Assembly: GCA_903860195.1 (NCBI GenBank)
Contig: CAIOPO010000061.1
Span: 1-60,897, forward strand
Source of the DNA: an uncultured Opitutia bacterium
Lineage (GTDB): Bacteria > Verrucomicrobiota > Verrucomicrobiia > Opitutales > UBA953
DNA: 60,897 nt
Direction of reading: 5' to 3'
The position numbers and the translations under genes were made by a program. The first letter of the stretch is position 1. Each line of letters begins with the position of its first letter. The notes beneath the pieces were generated by a model. That model worked only from the letters and a program-made list of their open reading frames with translations. It was not told the origin of the DNA and did no database searches. Below, one piece after another: positions 52,988-60,897 of this stretch.

Positions 52988-54139
52988 TTACGGACTCCAA
53001 AGTGTGACGAGTTCGCCGGGCCCGGACAGACGCACCTTGGGTGCCGTCGATTGACCGATGCCGACGACGCACCCGCGGGCCAGACGGCCGGCGAACAGCT
53101 TGACCTCGTGCTTCGACATGCCGCGCGTGGCGACCTCGATCTGCTGTTCCCGGCCCTGCGCCACGACGATGAATCTGACCAGTCCCTTGATGGTCTGAAT
53201 GTCTGAAACGATGCGGGCGGAGCCTGCGGGAGGATCGACCGCTGGCGAACCGCGCAGGAAGGCCGCGTAGGAGAATCTGACTTCCCTCAGGTCACGGTGC
53301 AGCTTGCGATTGACGAACTGCGCCGAATCAGGGGCGGTCCACGCGCAGGATTCGTGCTCCCAGTGGTCACGGCCGGAGGCGAGCAACGGAGAGGGGAGGG
53401 CGTCGAGCTGGGGACCGAGGCGAAGGAACCGGCCCGTCGCGGCCAGATCGTCCGAAGCCTTGAGCAGTCTCTCGGCCGCGAAACGGAGGGCCGGCTCTAT
53501 GACCAGTAGCAGGCCGCCGGGGGCGAGCCTGGCACAGGCTGCCTCCATCCAGGCCTGCGCGCCGTCGGGACCCACTTGATCCAGCTCATTGATGACGAAA
53601 CCGGCGACGATCAGGTCAAAAGATCCCTCGGGCCATCCTTCGGGAGCCTGGGCGTCCGACAGGCGCGTCTTCACCGTGATCTCGCGGCCGAGCACGGTGG
53701 AGGCGAGGGCCTCAAAGGACGCGAGGGCGGCCGGCGAGTGGTCGATGCCGATCAGTTCTGACGGGCCGCGCCCGGCCTTGACCAGCGAATGAGCGACCGA
53801 GATGCCGCAGGAGCCCGGTCCGCATCCGACATCCAGCACCCTGGGCGCGGCGGCGGCCGGTCGCCAGCCCCTGAACCTCATGCACTGGTCCAGAGCGCAG
53901 CCGGCCCGGGTCCATCCTTGGGGGAGGAAGAAGATCCCGTAAGCGGCGAGAGCGGCCGGGTCGGAGAAGTAATCCGGGTAGGCTCCGGCAGGCCTCTCCG
54001 TGGTGAAGAGGTCGGAAAGCCGTGCCACGTCGGCGGCAAGCCTCTCCAGGCCCTCGGTCCCGGGGCCGACGGACTCAGCGACGCGCTCCAGCCAGAAGGC
54101 TTCGGCGGCCTGAGGATAGGCGAGATCAGCCGCCGGCAT
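52988..54139 (-). CDS. Class I SAM-dependent methyltransferase (Rsm22-like layout)
   Basis: SAM motif VLDVGCGPGSCG, a second acidic motif GIDHS, and LLVIEP. The C-terminal ~130-aa extension is of unknown fold. Confidence 0.5.
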   Translation of the reverse strand: MPAADLAYPQAAEAFWLERVAESVGPGTEGLERLAADVARLSDLFTTERPAGAYPDYFSDPAALAAYGIFFLPQGWTRAGCALDQCMRFRGWRPAAAAPRVLDVGCGPGSCGISVAHSLVKAGRGPSELIGIDHSPAALASFEALASTVLGREITVKTRLSDAQAPEGWPEGSFDLIVAGFVINELDQVGPDGAQAWMEAACARLAPGGLLLVIEPALRFAAERLLKASDDLAATGRFLRLGPQLDALPSPLLASGRDHWEHESCAWTAPDSAQFVNRKLHRDLREVRFSYAAFLRGSPAVDPPAGSARIVSDIQTIKGLVRFIVVAQGREQQIEVATRGMSKHEVKLFAGRLARGCVVGIGQSTAPKVRLSGPGELVTLWSP

Positions 54140-54728
54140 CCCGTCTTCCCTCGAGCGCGCTTCGCAAGGTCGCAGGATCGGCGAACGTCAATCCGCTGCC
54201 GCTCGGCAGTCCGAAGCCGATGCGGGTGACCTTGGCCGTCGGTCTGGCGGCGAGGACCGTCTCGCGGATGAAATGGCAGGTGGCCTCGGCTTCGACGTCG
54301 TTGCCCAGCGCGAGCACGACTTCCTCCAGCGGTTCCGCCCGGAGTCTCGACTCCAGGGAAGCCATGTTGAGTTCGGCCGGACCGACGCCGTTGATCGGCG
54401 AAAGACGTCCGTGCAGCACATGGTAGGTGCCGCGATGCGCCCCGGAGCGCTCAACGGCCAGAAGGTCGGGCACGTGCTCCACGATGCAGACTGAGCCCGG
54501 ATCCCTCTTGGGGTCGGCGCAGACCTGGCAGAGCCCGCCTTCGGCGAGATTGCCGCAGCGACCGCAGCGGCTGACGGCGGACGCCGCCGCGCCGAGCGCA
54601 TCCAGGACCGGCTGGAGGCGTTCGGGGCGTTCCACCAGCAGGTGCAGCGCGATGCGTTCCGCCGAGCGATGACCCAGGCCGGGAAGCTGCTTGAGCAGCT
54701 GCCTGACCTTGTCGAAAGCGGGCGTCAC
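54126..54728 (-). CDS. recR: Recombination protein RecR
   Basis: HhH LPGLGHRSAERIALHL, Cys4 finger CGRCGNLAEGGLCQVC and a Toprim domain. Confidence 0.95.
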   Translation of the reverse strand: MTPAFDKVRQLLKQLPGLGHRSAERIALHLLVERPERLQPVLDALGAAASAVSRCGRCGNLAEGGLCQVCADPKRDPGSVCIVEHVPDLLAVERSGAHRGTYHVLHGRLSPINGVGPAELNMASLESRLRAEPLEEVVLALGNDVEAEATCHFIRETVLAARPTAKVTRIGFGLPSGSGLTFADPATLRSALEGRRDAGG

Positions 54729-54732
54729 GGGA

Positions 54733-55038
54733 TCAGAATCCCGGGAGCTGGAACCCGGCGGTGGCCTTGGCCATGGTCTCCTCGTGCAGGCTCTTGGCCT
54801 TCGCGGAGGCCTCCTGCAGGGCGGCGACGAGGGTGGACTGAACGACGACGGCGTCCTCCTTCAGGAACTCGGGCAACAGTTCGAGCGAGACGACCTCCCC
54901 GTGGCCGTTGACGACGACCCTGACCGCTCCGCCCCCGTGGGAGACCTCAACCCGCTCCTGGGCCAGACGTTGCTGGGCCTCGGAGATGCCGCGCTGCATG
55001 CGCTGCGCCTGTTTCAGTAGCTTGCCGACTCCTGCCAT
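54733..55038 (-). CDS. ybaB: YbaB/EbfC-family nucleoid-associated protein
   Basis: ATG at 55038 (MAGVGKLLKQAQRMQ...). It is 101 aa and lies directly upstream of recR. The upstream part of the listed 201-aa ORF is not protein-like. Confidence 0.88.
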   Translation of the reverse strand: MAGVGKLLKQAQRMQRGISEAQQRLAQERVEVSHGGGAVRVVVNGHGEVVSLELLPEFLKEDAVVVQSTLVAALQEASAKAKSLHEETMAKATAGFQLPGF

Positions 55039-55123
55039 GATGCACCGAGGTTCAATCGGGGCGGCGACGGAGTCAAGCGGCGTGCTGACTTGCCACCGCC
55101 GGGGACCGGGTGAATGTGCATGG

Positions 55124-55423
55124 ATGCTCCGGCCGGCTTCAGTCGAGATCGTCGGCGCCTTCCTGGCCATAAGGTGGGAGGACGGCCGGGAGGATTTCCT
55201 CGCGGCCGAGCGGCTAAGGGAGGAGTCGCCGAGCGCCGAGAACAAGGGCGAGGTGGACGTGCTGGGACGCAGGTGGGGAGGGGACGGACCCCGCCGTTTC
55301 CCCGGCGTCACGGTCACGGGCTGGACGCAGGTCGGCAACTATGCGCTCTCGCTTGAGTTCAGCGACGGCCATCGCAGCGGCATCTACTCCTGGGAGCTGC
55401 TCCGCTCCCTGGCCAAGACCTGA
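55124..55423 (+). CDS. DUF971 (gamma-butyrobetaine-hydroxylase N-terminal-like) protein, cysteine-less variant
   Basis: ATG at 55124. LAIRWEDG ... GNYALSLEFSDGHRSGIYSWELLRSL matches the DUF971 pattern. The usual Cys-containing segment reads ESPSAEN here. Confidence 0.65.
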   Translation: MLRPASVEIVGAFLAIRWEDGREDFLAAERLREESPSAENKGEVDVLGRRWGGDGPRRFPGVTVTGWTQVGNYALSLEFSDGHRSGIYSWELLRSLAKT

Positions 55424-55453
55424 AACGAAACAAGTTGCAGGAAGCCGGGCGGC

Positions 55454-57016
55454 GTGGACGATGCCGTCGTGCGAAAGACCTACGTCCTCGATACGAACGT
55501 CCTGATCCACGACCCTGACTCACTCTTCAAGTTCGACGAGCACACGGTCGCGATCCCCGTCGAGGTGCTTTCCGAACTCGACCGGCTCAAGACGCAGCCC
55601 GGACAGCTCGGTGCCAGCGCGCGCAAGGTCAACCGCTCCGTGCGCGGACTCTTCGAGAACCGTCCGCTGAAGGAGATCGTCGACGGCGACCCGAACAAGC
55701 CGGGCGCCCTCCACGCCGACCTGCACGACGGCGGCGAACTGCGGGTGGTGGTCAACGAGTCGCTCATCCGCGACCATTTCACCGGCTCGCGCTCCGAACG
55801 CCTCCGGGCGGTCTTCATGCAGGTGGACGCCCCCGACCACCGCATCATCGCCTCCGCGATGTACCTGCGTGACACCACCGACGGACCCGTCGTGCTGGTG
55901 ACGAAGGACGCCTGCATGGCCCTGAAGGCCCAGGCCCTGGGCCTCGAGGTGCAGGATTACCGCAATGACCGCGTGGAGACCAGCGACGTGGGCGAGTATC
56001 GCACGCTGCAGGTCGACGCCGCCTTCATGCGCGACTTCCGTGAGCTCGGCCAGGCCCAGCTGCGCACGAAAGGGGAGGAAGCCCCGCCTCTCCTCAACGA
56101 ATACGTGATCCTTGCCTCCGATTCCTGGAGCGAACCCGCCCGGCACGTCGGCGAGGGCGCCTTCGTTCCTTTGCCGCTCTACCGCGAATTCCTCTCGACC
56201 GAGAGCGGCGCACGCAAGGGGCTGCAGATGCCGCGCGGCATGAGGGTGATTCCCAAGAACATCGAGCAATGGATCTTCATCGACGCCTTGCTCAACCCGG
56301 AGATCCGCCTCGTCACCTGCTTCGGGCGCGCCGGCACCGGCAAGACCTTCCTGGCCATCGCGGCCGCGCTCGCCCAGGTGCTGAGCGACTTCTCACCCTA
56401 CAAGAAGCTGTACGTCTCGCGTCCCGTCGTCCAGATCGGCAAGGACATCGGCGCGCTGCCCGGCAGCAAGGAGGAGAAGCTCTCCCCCTACATCCAGCCC
56501 TACTTCGACAACCTCGAGGTGCTCTTCTCGAAGAACGGCTCGGCCACGCCTCAGAATCAGCAGTCGCCCGCCAAGGAGGCGGTGGCCACCGACAGCCAGA
56601 GGAAGAAGAAGAAGGCCCAGGCGATGAAGGCGGCCCAGCCGATCTTCGGATCCCAGTTCCAGCAGATCGCCCAGCCTCGCAAACCTTACCAGTGGCTCAT
56701 CGACTCCGGCCTCATCGAGATCGAAGCCATGACCTTCATCCGCGGCCGTTCGATCGGACACGCCTTCATGATCGTCGACGAGGCCCAGAACATGACTCCG
56801 CACGAGGCCAAGACGGTCATCACCCGCATCGGGGAAGGGTCCAAGCTGGTGCTCATCGGCGACCTCGACCAGGTCGACACGCCCTACTTGGACGGCAAAT
56901 CCAACGGACTCATCCACACCCACGAAAGGATGAAGGGGCACGCCATCACGGCCAATGTCCGCCTGGTCCACGGCGTGCGCAGCGCCCTGTCCGAACTCGC
57001 CTCCCAGGCGATGTGA
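55454..57016 (+). CDS. PIN-domain / PhoH-like ATPase fusion protein (YlaK-type)
   Basis: GTG start. PIN motif YVLDTNVLIHDP ... VLSELD, Walker A GRAGTGKTFLA, IVDEAQNMTPHE and GDLDQVD. Confidence 0.85.
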   Translation: MDDAVVRKTYVLDTNVLIHDPDSLFKFDEHTVAIPVEVLSELDRLKTQPGQLGASARKVNRSVRGLFENRPLKEIVDGDPNKPGALHADLHDGGELRVVVNESLIRDHFTGSRSERLRAVFMQVDAPDHRIIASAMYLRDTTDGPVVLVTKDACMALKAQALGLEVQDYRNDRVETSDVGEYRTLQVDAAFMRDFRELGQAQLRTKGEEAPPLLNEYVILASDSWSEPARHVGEGAFVPLPLYREFLSTESGARKGLQMPRGMRVIPKNIEQWIFIDALLNPEIRLVTCFGRAGTGKTFLAIAAALAQVLSDFSPYKKLYVSRPVVQIGKDIGALPGSKEEKLSPYIQPYFDNLEVLFSKNGSATPQNQQSPAKEAVATDSQRKKKKAQAMKAAQPIFGSQFQQIAQPRKPYQWLIDSGLIEIEAMTFIRGRSIGHAFMIVDEAQNMTPHEAKTVITRIGEGSKLVLIGDLDQVDTPYLDGKSNGLIHTHERMKGHAITANVRLVHGVRSALSELASQAM

Positions 57017-57070
57017 GCAACCGCCCCCGCCGGGGGCCACTCCTGCCTTGCCCAACGGTATCCGTGGGGC

Positions 57071-59632
57071 TTGCCTCGCTTTGTGGCACAGGAGACGCCC
57101 ATGCAGAGGCAGTACCGGGAGTTCCGCGAGAAGCTCCCCCAGGGCACGTTGCTCCTCTTCCGGCTGGGTGATTTCTACGAGGTGTTCGGCGAGGATGCGG
57201 AGATCGCGTCGCGCACCCTCGGCCTCACGCTGACCAAGCGCCATGAGACGCCCATGGCCGGGCTGCCCTATCACGCGGCCTCGGCCTATGTGAACCGGCT
57301 GCTCGCCGCGGGATGGAAAGTCGCCATCTGCGACCAGCTGGAGGCTCCCGTGGCGGGCAAGCTGGTACGACGCGGGCTCACCCGCATCCTGACGCCCGGC
57401 ACCGCCCTGGAGGACTCCCAACTCGACTCCCGAAGGGGCAATTACCTCGCCGCTCTGGCCTGGGACAGGCACGGCTGGCATGCGTCATGGCTCGACGTCT
57501 CCACGGCGGACTTCCGCATCGCCACGGACTCGGATCCGCACCGTCTGCTTCCGCTCCTGCATTCAGTTTCGCCCCGCGAGATACTGCTGCCCGAAGGACT
57601 GGAGCCTCCTGCGGAGCACCGGTCCGCATTGGAGGGATTGCTCCAGGGACGGGCCTGCTCCCGCCTCCCGGGCTGGAACTATGACGTGGCGGCGGGAGGC
57701 CGACTGACCGCGCAGACGCTTTCCGTGCACGGCCTGGAGGGGTTCGGCATCAATGAGAGCCATCCTGCGCTGGGGTGCGCCGGAGCGGTCCTGGGCTATG
57801 TCACGGACTCCCTCTGCGAGAGGCCCAAGAACCTTCATCGCATCTCCGAGACGAGACTTGGTTCATCGGTCCTGCTCGACGCCGCCTCCTCGCGGAACCT
57901 TGAGCTCTTCTCGGCGACGGGAGGGGGCAGGGAAGGTTCGTTGCTGGAGACGATCGATCGCACGGCCACCCCGGCCGGAGCCAGGCTGGTTTCGGCCTGG
58001 CTGTCCGAGCCTTCCACGGACCTGGCGACCATCCGTCAGCGGCAGGATGCCGTCGCGGAATTCGTGCGTCACCCCGGCGCCAGTTCCAGGGTGACCGAAG
58101 CCCTGCGCTCGGTCCGCGACCTTCCCCGGATCCTGGCCAGGCTGCAGAACCGCCTGCGCAATCCTCGCGAACTGGGCGGAGTCCGGGACACCCTCCGGGC
58201 CGTACCCGCCATCCGTGACGAGCTGGGCGCGATGCCGGGAGGCGCGCTGGCGGATCTGGCCGGACGCATCTCACTGGAGGGGCCGTTGCTTGGTCGTCTG
58301 GAAGCCGCGCTGGCCGATGAGCTGCCCGCCGACCTTGCGGACGGAGGCGCGCTGCGCAAGGGCTTCGACCCTGAGCTCGACCGGCTCAGGTCGCTCGCGA
58401 GCGACAGCAAGTCCTGGATCGCGGACTTTGAGCGGCGGGAACAGGAGAGAACGGGCATCAAGTCCCTCAAGGTCCGCTACAACGGGGCTTTCGGCTATGC
58501 CATCGAGGTGACCAAGGCCAATCTCGCGCTCGTCCCGGCCGACTACGTACGTAAGCAGACGATGGTCAACGCCGAGCGCTTCACGACCGAGGAGCTCCGG
58601 GCGAAGGAGAAGGAAGTGCTTCGGGCCGATGAGCAGGCGCTGGCCAGGGAGGCCGAGCTTTTCCAAGGATTGGTCGGCGAAGTGCTGGCCAGGTCGGAAC
58701 CGCTGCTCGCCAACGCCGCGGCCCTGGCTGAGGCCGACGTCCTCCGCGGATGGGCGGATCTCGCCAGAGAATGCAAATGGTGCCAGCCTGCGGTCGACGA
58801 GTCCGACGCATTGGAGATCGAACAGGGGCGTCATCCGGTGGTGGAACGCATGCTGCTCGGACGTCCCGGCGCGGGTTCTTTCGTGCCGAACGACACCCGT
58901 CTGGCCGGCACTGGTGCGCAAATCGCCCTCATCACCGGACCCAACATGGCCGGCAAGTCCACCTACATACGTCAGGTGGCCCTCATCGCGCTCCTGGCCC
59001 ACCTCGGTTGCTGGACGCCCGCCCAGTCCGCGAGGATCGGGCTGGTGGACAGGATTTTCTGCCGGGTGGGCGCTTCCGATGAACTGGCCCGGGGAAATTC
59101 GACGTTCATGGTCGAGATGAACGAGACCGCGAACATCCTCAACAACGCGACGCGACGTTCGCTCGTGGTGCTCGACGAGATCGGCCGCGGGACGAGCACC
59201 TACGACGGCATCAGCATCGCCTGGGCGGTCGCGGAGCACCTCCATGGTTCAGGCCCCTCAGGGCCGCGCACCTTGTTCGCCACCCACTACCACGAGCTCA
59301 CCCGTCTCGCCGAATCTCTGCCTCGTCTCCGGAACTTCTCCGTAGCCGTCAAGGAGTGGAAGGATGAGATCGTGTTCGTGCGTCGGGTGGTCGAAGGCGC
59401 CGCCGACCGTTCCTATGGCATCCAGGTCGCCCGTCTGGCCGGCATGCCCCCCGCGGTGGTCGACAGGGCCAGGTCCATCCTGAGCGGCCTGGAGTCAGGA
59501 AAAGGCCTGCCCGACACGGCGGAACGTCCGGAAGGCGTGAAGGAATCGCCTCCGCCCGCCCAGCGCCAAGGCAAGCAGAAGACCCGCCCGGAGGCCAAGG
59601 ACGGCGGCAGCCAGCTCGACCTCTTCTCCTGA
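57071..59632 (+). CDS. mutS: DNA mismatch repair protein MutS
   Basis: TPMQRQYREF...LLLFRLGDFYEVF, Walker A GPNMAGKSTY and DEIGRGTSTYDG. The start is uncertain (TTG 57071, GTG 57083 or ATG 57101). Confidence 0.93.
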   Translation: MPRFVAQETPMQRQYREFREKLPQGTLLLFRLGDFYEVFGEDAEIASRTLGLTLTKRHETPMAGLPYHAASAYVNRLLAAGWKVAICDQLEAPVAGKLVRRGLTRILTPGTALEDSQLDSRRGNYLAALAWDRHGWHASWLDVSTADFRIATDSDPHRLLPLLHSVSPREILLPEGLEPPAEHRSALEGLLQGRACSRLPGWNYDVAAGGRLTAQTLSVHGLEGFGINESHPALGCAGAVLGYVTDSLCERPKNLHRISETRLGSSVLLDAASSRNLELFSATGGGREGSLLETIDRTATPAGARLVSAWLSEPSTDLATIRQRQDAVAEFVRHPGASSRVTEALRSVRDLPRILARLQNRLRNPRELGGVRDTLRAVPAIRDELGAMPGGALADLAGRISLEGPLLGRLEAALADELPADLADGGALRKGFDPELDRLRSLASDSKSWIADFERREQERTGIKSLKVRYNGAFGYAIEVTKANLALVPADYVRKQTMVNAERFTTEELRAKEKEVLRADEQALAREAELFQGLVGEVLARSEPLLANAAALAEADVLRGWADLARECKWCQPAVDESDALEIEQGRHPVVERMLLGRPGAGSFVPNDTRLAGTGAQIALITGPNMAGKSTYIRQVALIALLAHLGCWTPAQSARIGLVDRIFCRVGASDELARGNSTFMVEMNETANILNNATRRSLVVLDEIGRGTSTYDGISIAWAVAEHLHGSGPSGPRTLFATHYHELTRLAESLPRLRNFSVAVKEWKDEIVFVRRVVEGAADRSYGIQVARLAGMPPAVVDRARSILSGLESGKGLPDTAERPEGVKESPPPAQRQGKQKTRPEAKDGGSQLDLFS

Positions 59633-59634
59633 GC

Positions 59635-60330
59635 TCAGATCCGACGGTTCCACTCCTCCGAGTTGAACTTGGCCCAGGTCCCTTCGTGGTCGAACTGGTC
59701 GTAAATCGGTTCGGGCACTTGCACGGGCGGGCTGGAGAGCGCCTTGCCGAGTGATGCGATGAAATCCTGCTCAAAACGGCTCCAGTCGCATCCGGGAAGG
59801 TGGGGCTTCCAGACATAGCCCTCGATCAGCAGGCCCTGACGTGAGCGCTTCTGCGCCGCGCCGGCGACCTTGCGGCCGTCATCACTCCGCACAAGGTCGT
59901 TCGGCTCGGCCCGCACGGAGCACTGGTCAGGTTGCTTGAACTCACGAGGAGTCGGGGCGGAAGGGACCATTTCCACGGGCTGGCCTTGGGAGCGAAGGGC
60001 CTCGGCCATGCAGCCGTGGACCATCGCGTAGGTTGCGGTGGCGTCCTTGGACGCGAAGGGATGGGAGGCGGGAATGACCAGCGCGAAGGTCCAGTCATCG
60101 AGGTGGCTCACCAGTCCTCCCCCTGTGCAGCGCCGGACGAGCTGGCAGTGCGGTGGCACTTCGGCGCGGTATTTGTCCCACGGCTGGGAGACGCCGAAGG
60201 TGAAGGCTGGAACGCTCCAGGCGAAGGCGCGGAAACGGACATGCTCCGGGTGAGGATACTTCTCCAGCAGCAGAAGGTCGGCCGACATGTTGACCACGGC
60301 GTCAGCTGACTGTCTCGGAAGGACGTCCAT
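59635..60330 (-). CDS. Biotin/lipoate A/B protein ligase family protein (LplA/LipM-like)
   Basis: BPL/LPL catalytic-domain pattern: RRCTGGGLVSH and the conserved Lys segment RKVAGAAQKRSRQGLLIEG. Confidence 0.6.
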   Translation of the reverse strand: MDVLPRQSADAVVNMSADLLLLEKYPHPEHVRFRAFAWSVPAFTFGVSQPWDKYRAEVPPHCQLVRRCTGGGLVSHLDDWTFALVIPASHPFASKDATATYAMVHGCMAEALRSQGQPVEMVPSAPTPREFKQPDQCSVRAEPNDLVRSDDGRKVAGAAQKRSRQGLLIEGYVWKPHLPGCDWSRFEQDFIASLGKALSSPPVQVPEPIYDQFDHEGTWAKFNSEEWNRRI

Positions 60331-60332
60331 GA

Positions 60333-60897
60333 TCAGAAGTCTATGCCCTTTTCGAGCCGACGCACGACCTTTCGGCCCGTCTGAGCCTCATACCAGGTTT
60401 CGCAGCCGCGGGGAACCCTGAGCTCGGACAGCTGCTCCTCAAAAGTCTGGACCGGCGTCTTCAGTTTCCCCGCCAACGGAACGAGGGACAGGCTGAGATC
60501 CCGCGGCCTCGGCACGGCCGACGCGAAGGAGGCCGATTCGGCCGCGACGACCAGGCGTGGGTCGAGGCCCATGTGCCGGCAGATGCGCAGGCCGATCTCA
60601 TGACGGCTCAAGGCGTCGGCCCCGGCCCAATGGTAGACGCCCGAAAGACCTGGCCGCTCGCAGAGTTCGACCAGGGCGTCGGCGAGGTTCGACAGACCGA
60701 CCGGCTGCCTGACCTCATCCGTGAAGAGCGTGAGCGGTTCACCCTTCATCCAGGAACGGAACATGCGTTCGTGCAGGCCTTTCCCGCCCTCGACGGAGTT
60801 GCCGTTGATGAGCGTCGTGCGGATGACCGCCGCGTGCTCCCGTCCCGCCCTGAGCGCGCCGACCTCGCCGGCCGCTTTCGTCCTGCCGTAGCAGGAG
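60333..60897 (-). CDS. SDR-family sugar-nucleotide reductase/epimerase, RmlD-like (5' end outside window)
   Basis: The frame stays open upstream of the listed Met to the window edge and encodes ...SCYGRTKAAGEVGALRAGREHAAVIRTTLINGN... The SDR YxxxK catalytic motif (YGRTK) is present. The C-terminal half resembles RmlD substrate-binding domains. Confidence 0.65.
   Translation of the reverse strand, partial: SCYGRTKAAGEVGALRAGREHAAVIRTTLINGNSVEGGKGLHERMFRSWMKGEPLTLFTDEVRQPVGLSNLADALVELCERPGLSGVYHWAGADALSRHEIGLRICRHMGLDPRLVVAAESASFASAVPRPRDLSLSLVPLAGKLKTPVQTFEEQLSELRVPRGCETWYEAQTGRKVVRRLEKGIDF

Noticed and set aside
33516-57016. I considered whether the SNF2 helicase, topoisomerase III and PIN-PhoH ATPase mark a phage-defence or mobile island.
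   Set aside because: The three genes are 10-20 kb apart, each embedded in housekeeping operons. No methyltransferase/nuclease partners, integrase, tRNA target, direct repeats or compositional break are visible. All three are widespread conserved chromosomal types.

Overview
This is a 60.9-kb, very GC-rich (roughly two-thirds G+C by eye) and extremely gene-dense bacterial chromosomal segment. It holds about 56 protein-coding genes plus one ncRNA (SRP RNA), with almost no non-coding DNA. Genes sit in long, tightly packed operons with many ATGA/GTGA 4-nt and TGATG 1-nt stop/start overlaps. Several convergent gene pairs overlap by 11-53 nt at their 3' ends. The gene content includes lipobox lipoproteins, Mla-, LpxK- and LpxR-like outer-membrane functions, DUF5069/DUF374/DUF971 and a NahK-like kinase. 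This suggests a Gram-negative of the PVC/Verrucomicrobiota type, but that is an impression, not a computed result. Most content is core housekeeping: prfB, valS, sucA-sucB-lpdA, trpC-rsmA-rimO, mazG, ribE, tatA, topB, panD, lpxK, ppk1, ybaB-recR and mutS. I see no rRNA, tRNA, CRISPR array, transposase, integrase, prophage or recognisable defence island. The many long ORFs antisense to real genes are GC-driven artefacts. The items most worth a second look are:
1. An eight-gene packed operon in which an Mla/Pqi-like lipid transporter runs directly into DUF5069, a SPOUT-fold protein with substituted motif residues, a Cys/His-cluster orphan and an AmpG-like permease.
2. A SCO-coupled membrane protein built from two copies of a domain carrying a YAH(V/M)HP motif.
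3. A valS-led amino-sugar operon that looks like a NagA-independent (PIG-L deacetylase) GlcNAc route plus a NahK-like kinase / nucleotidyltransferase / 4-epimerase HexNAc salvage arm.
4. An ATP-grasp-like gene coupled to prfB.
5. A DsbD with permuted domain order.
6. An operon of three different NTP-pyrophosphatase superfamilies.
None of these can be shown to be novel from the sequence alone. I did not find a clear-cut new system, and each candidate needs profile or structure searches and synteny checks.
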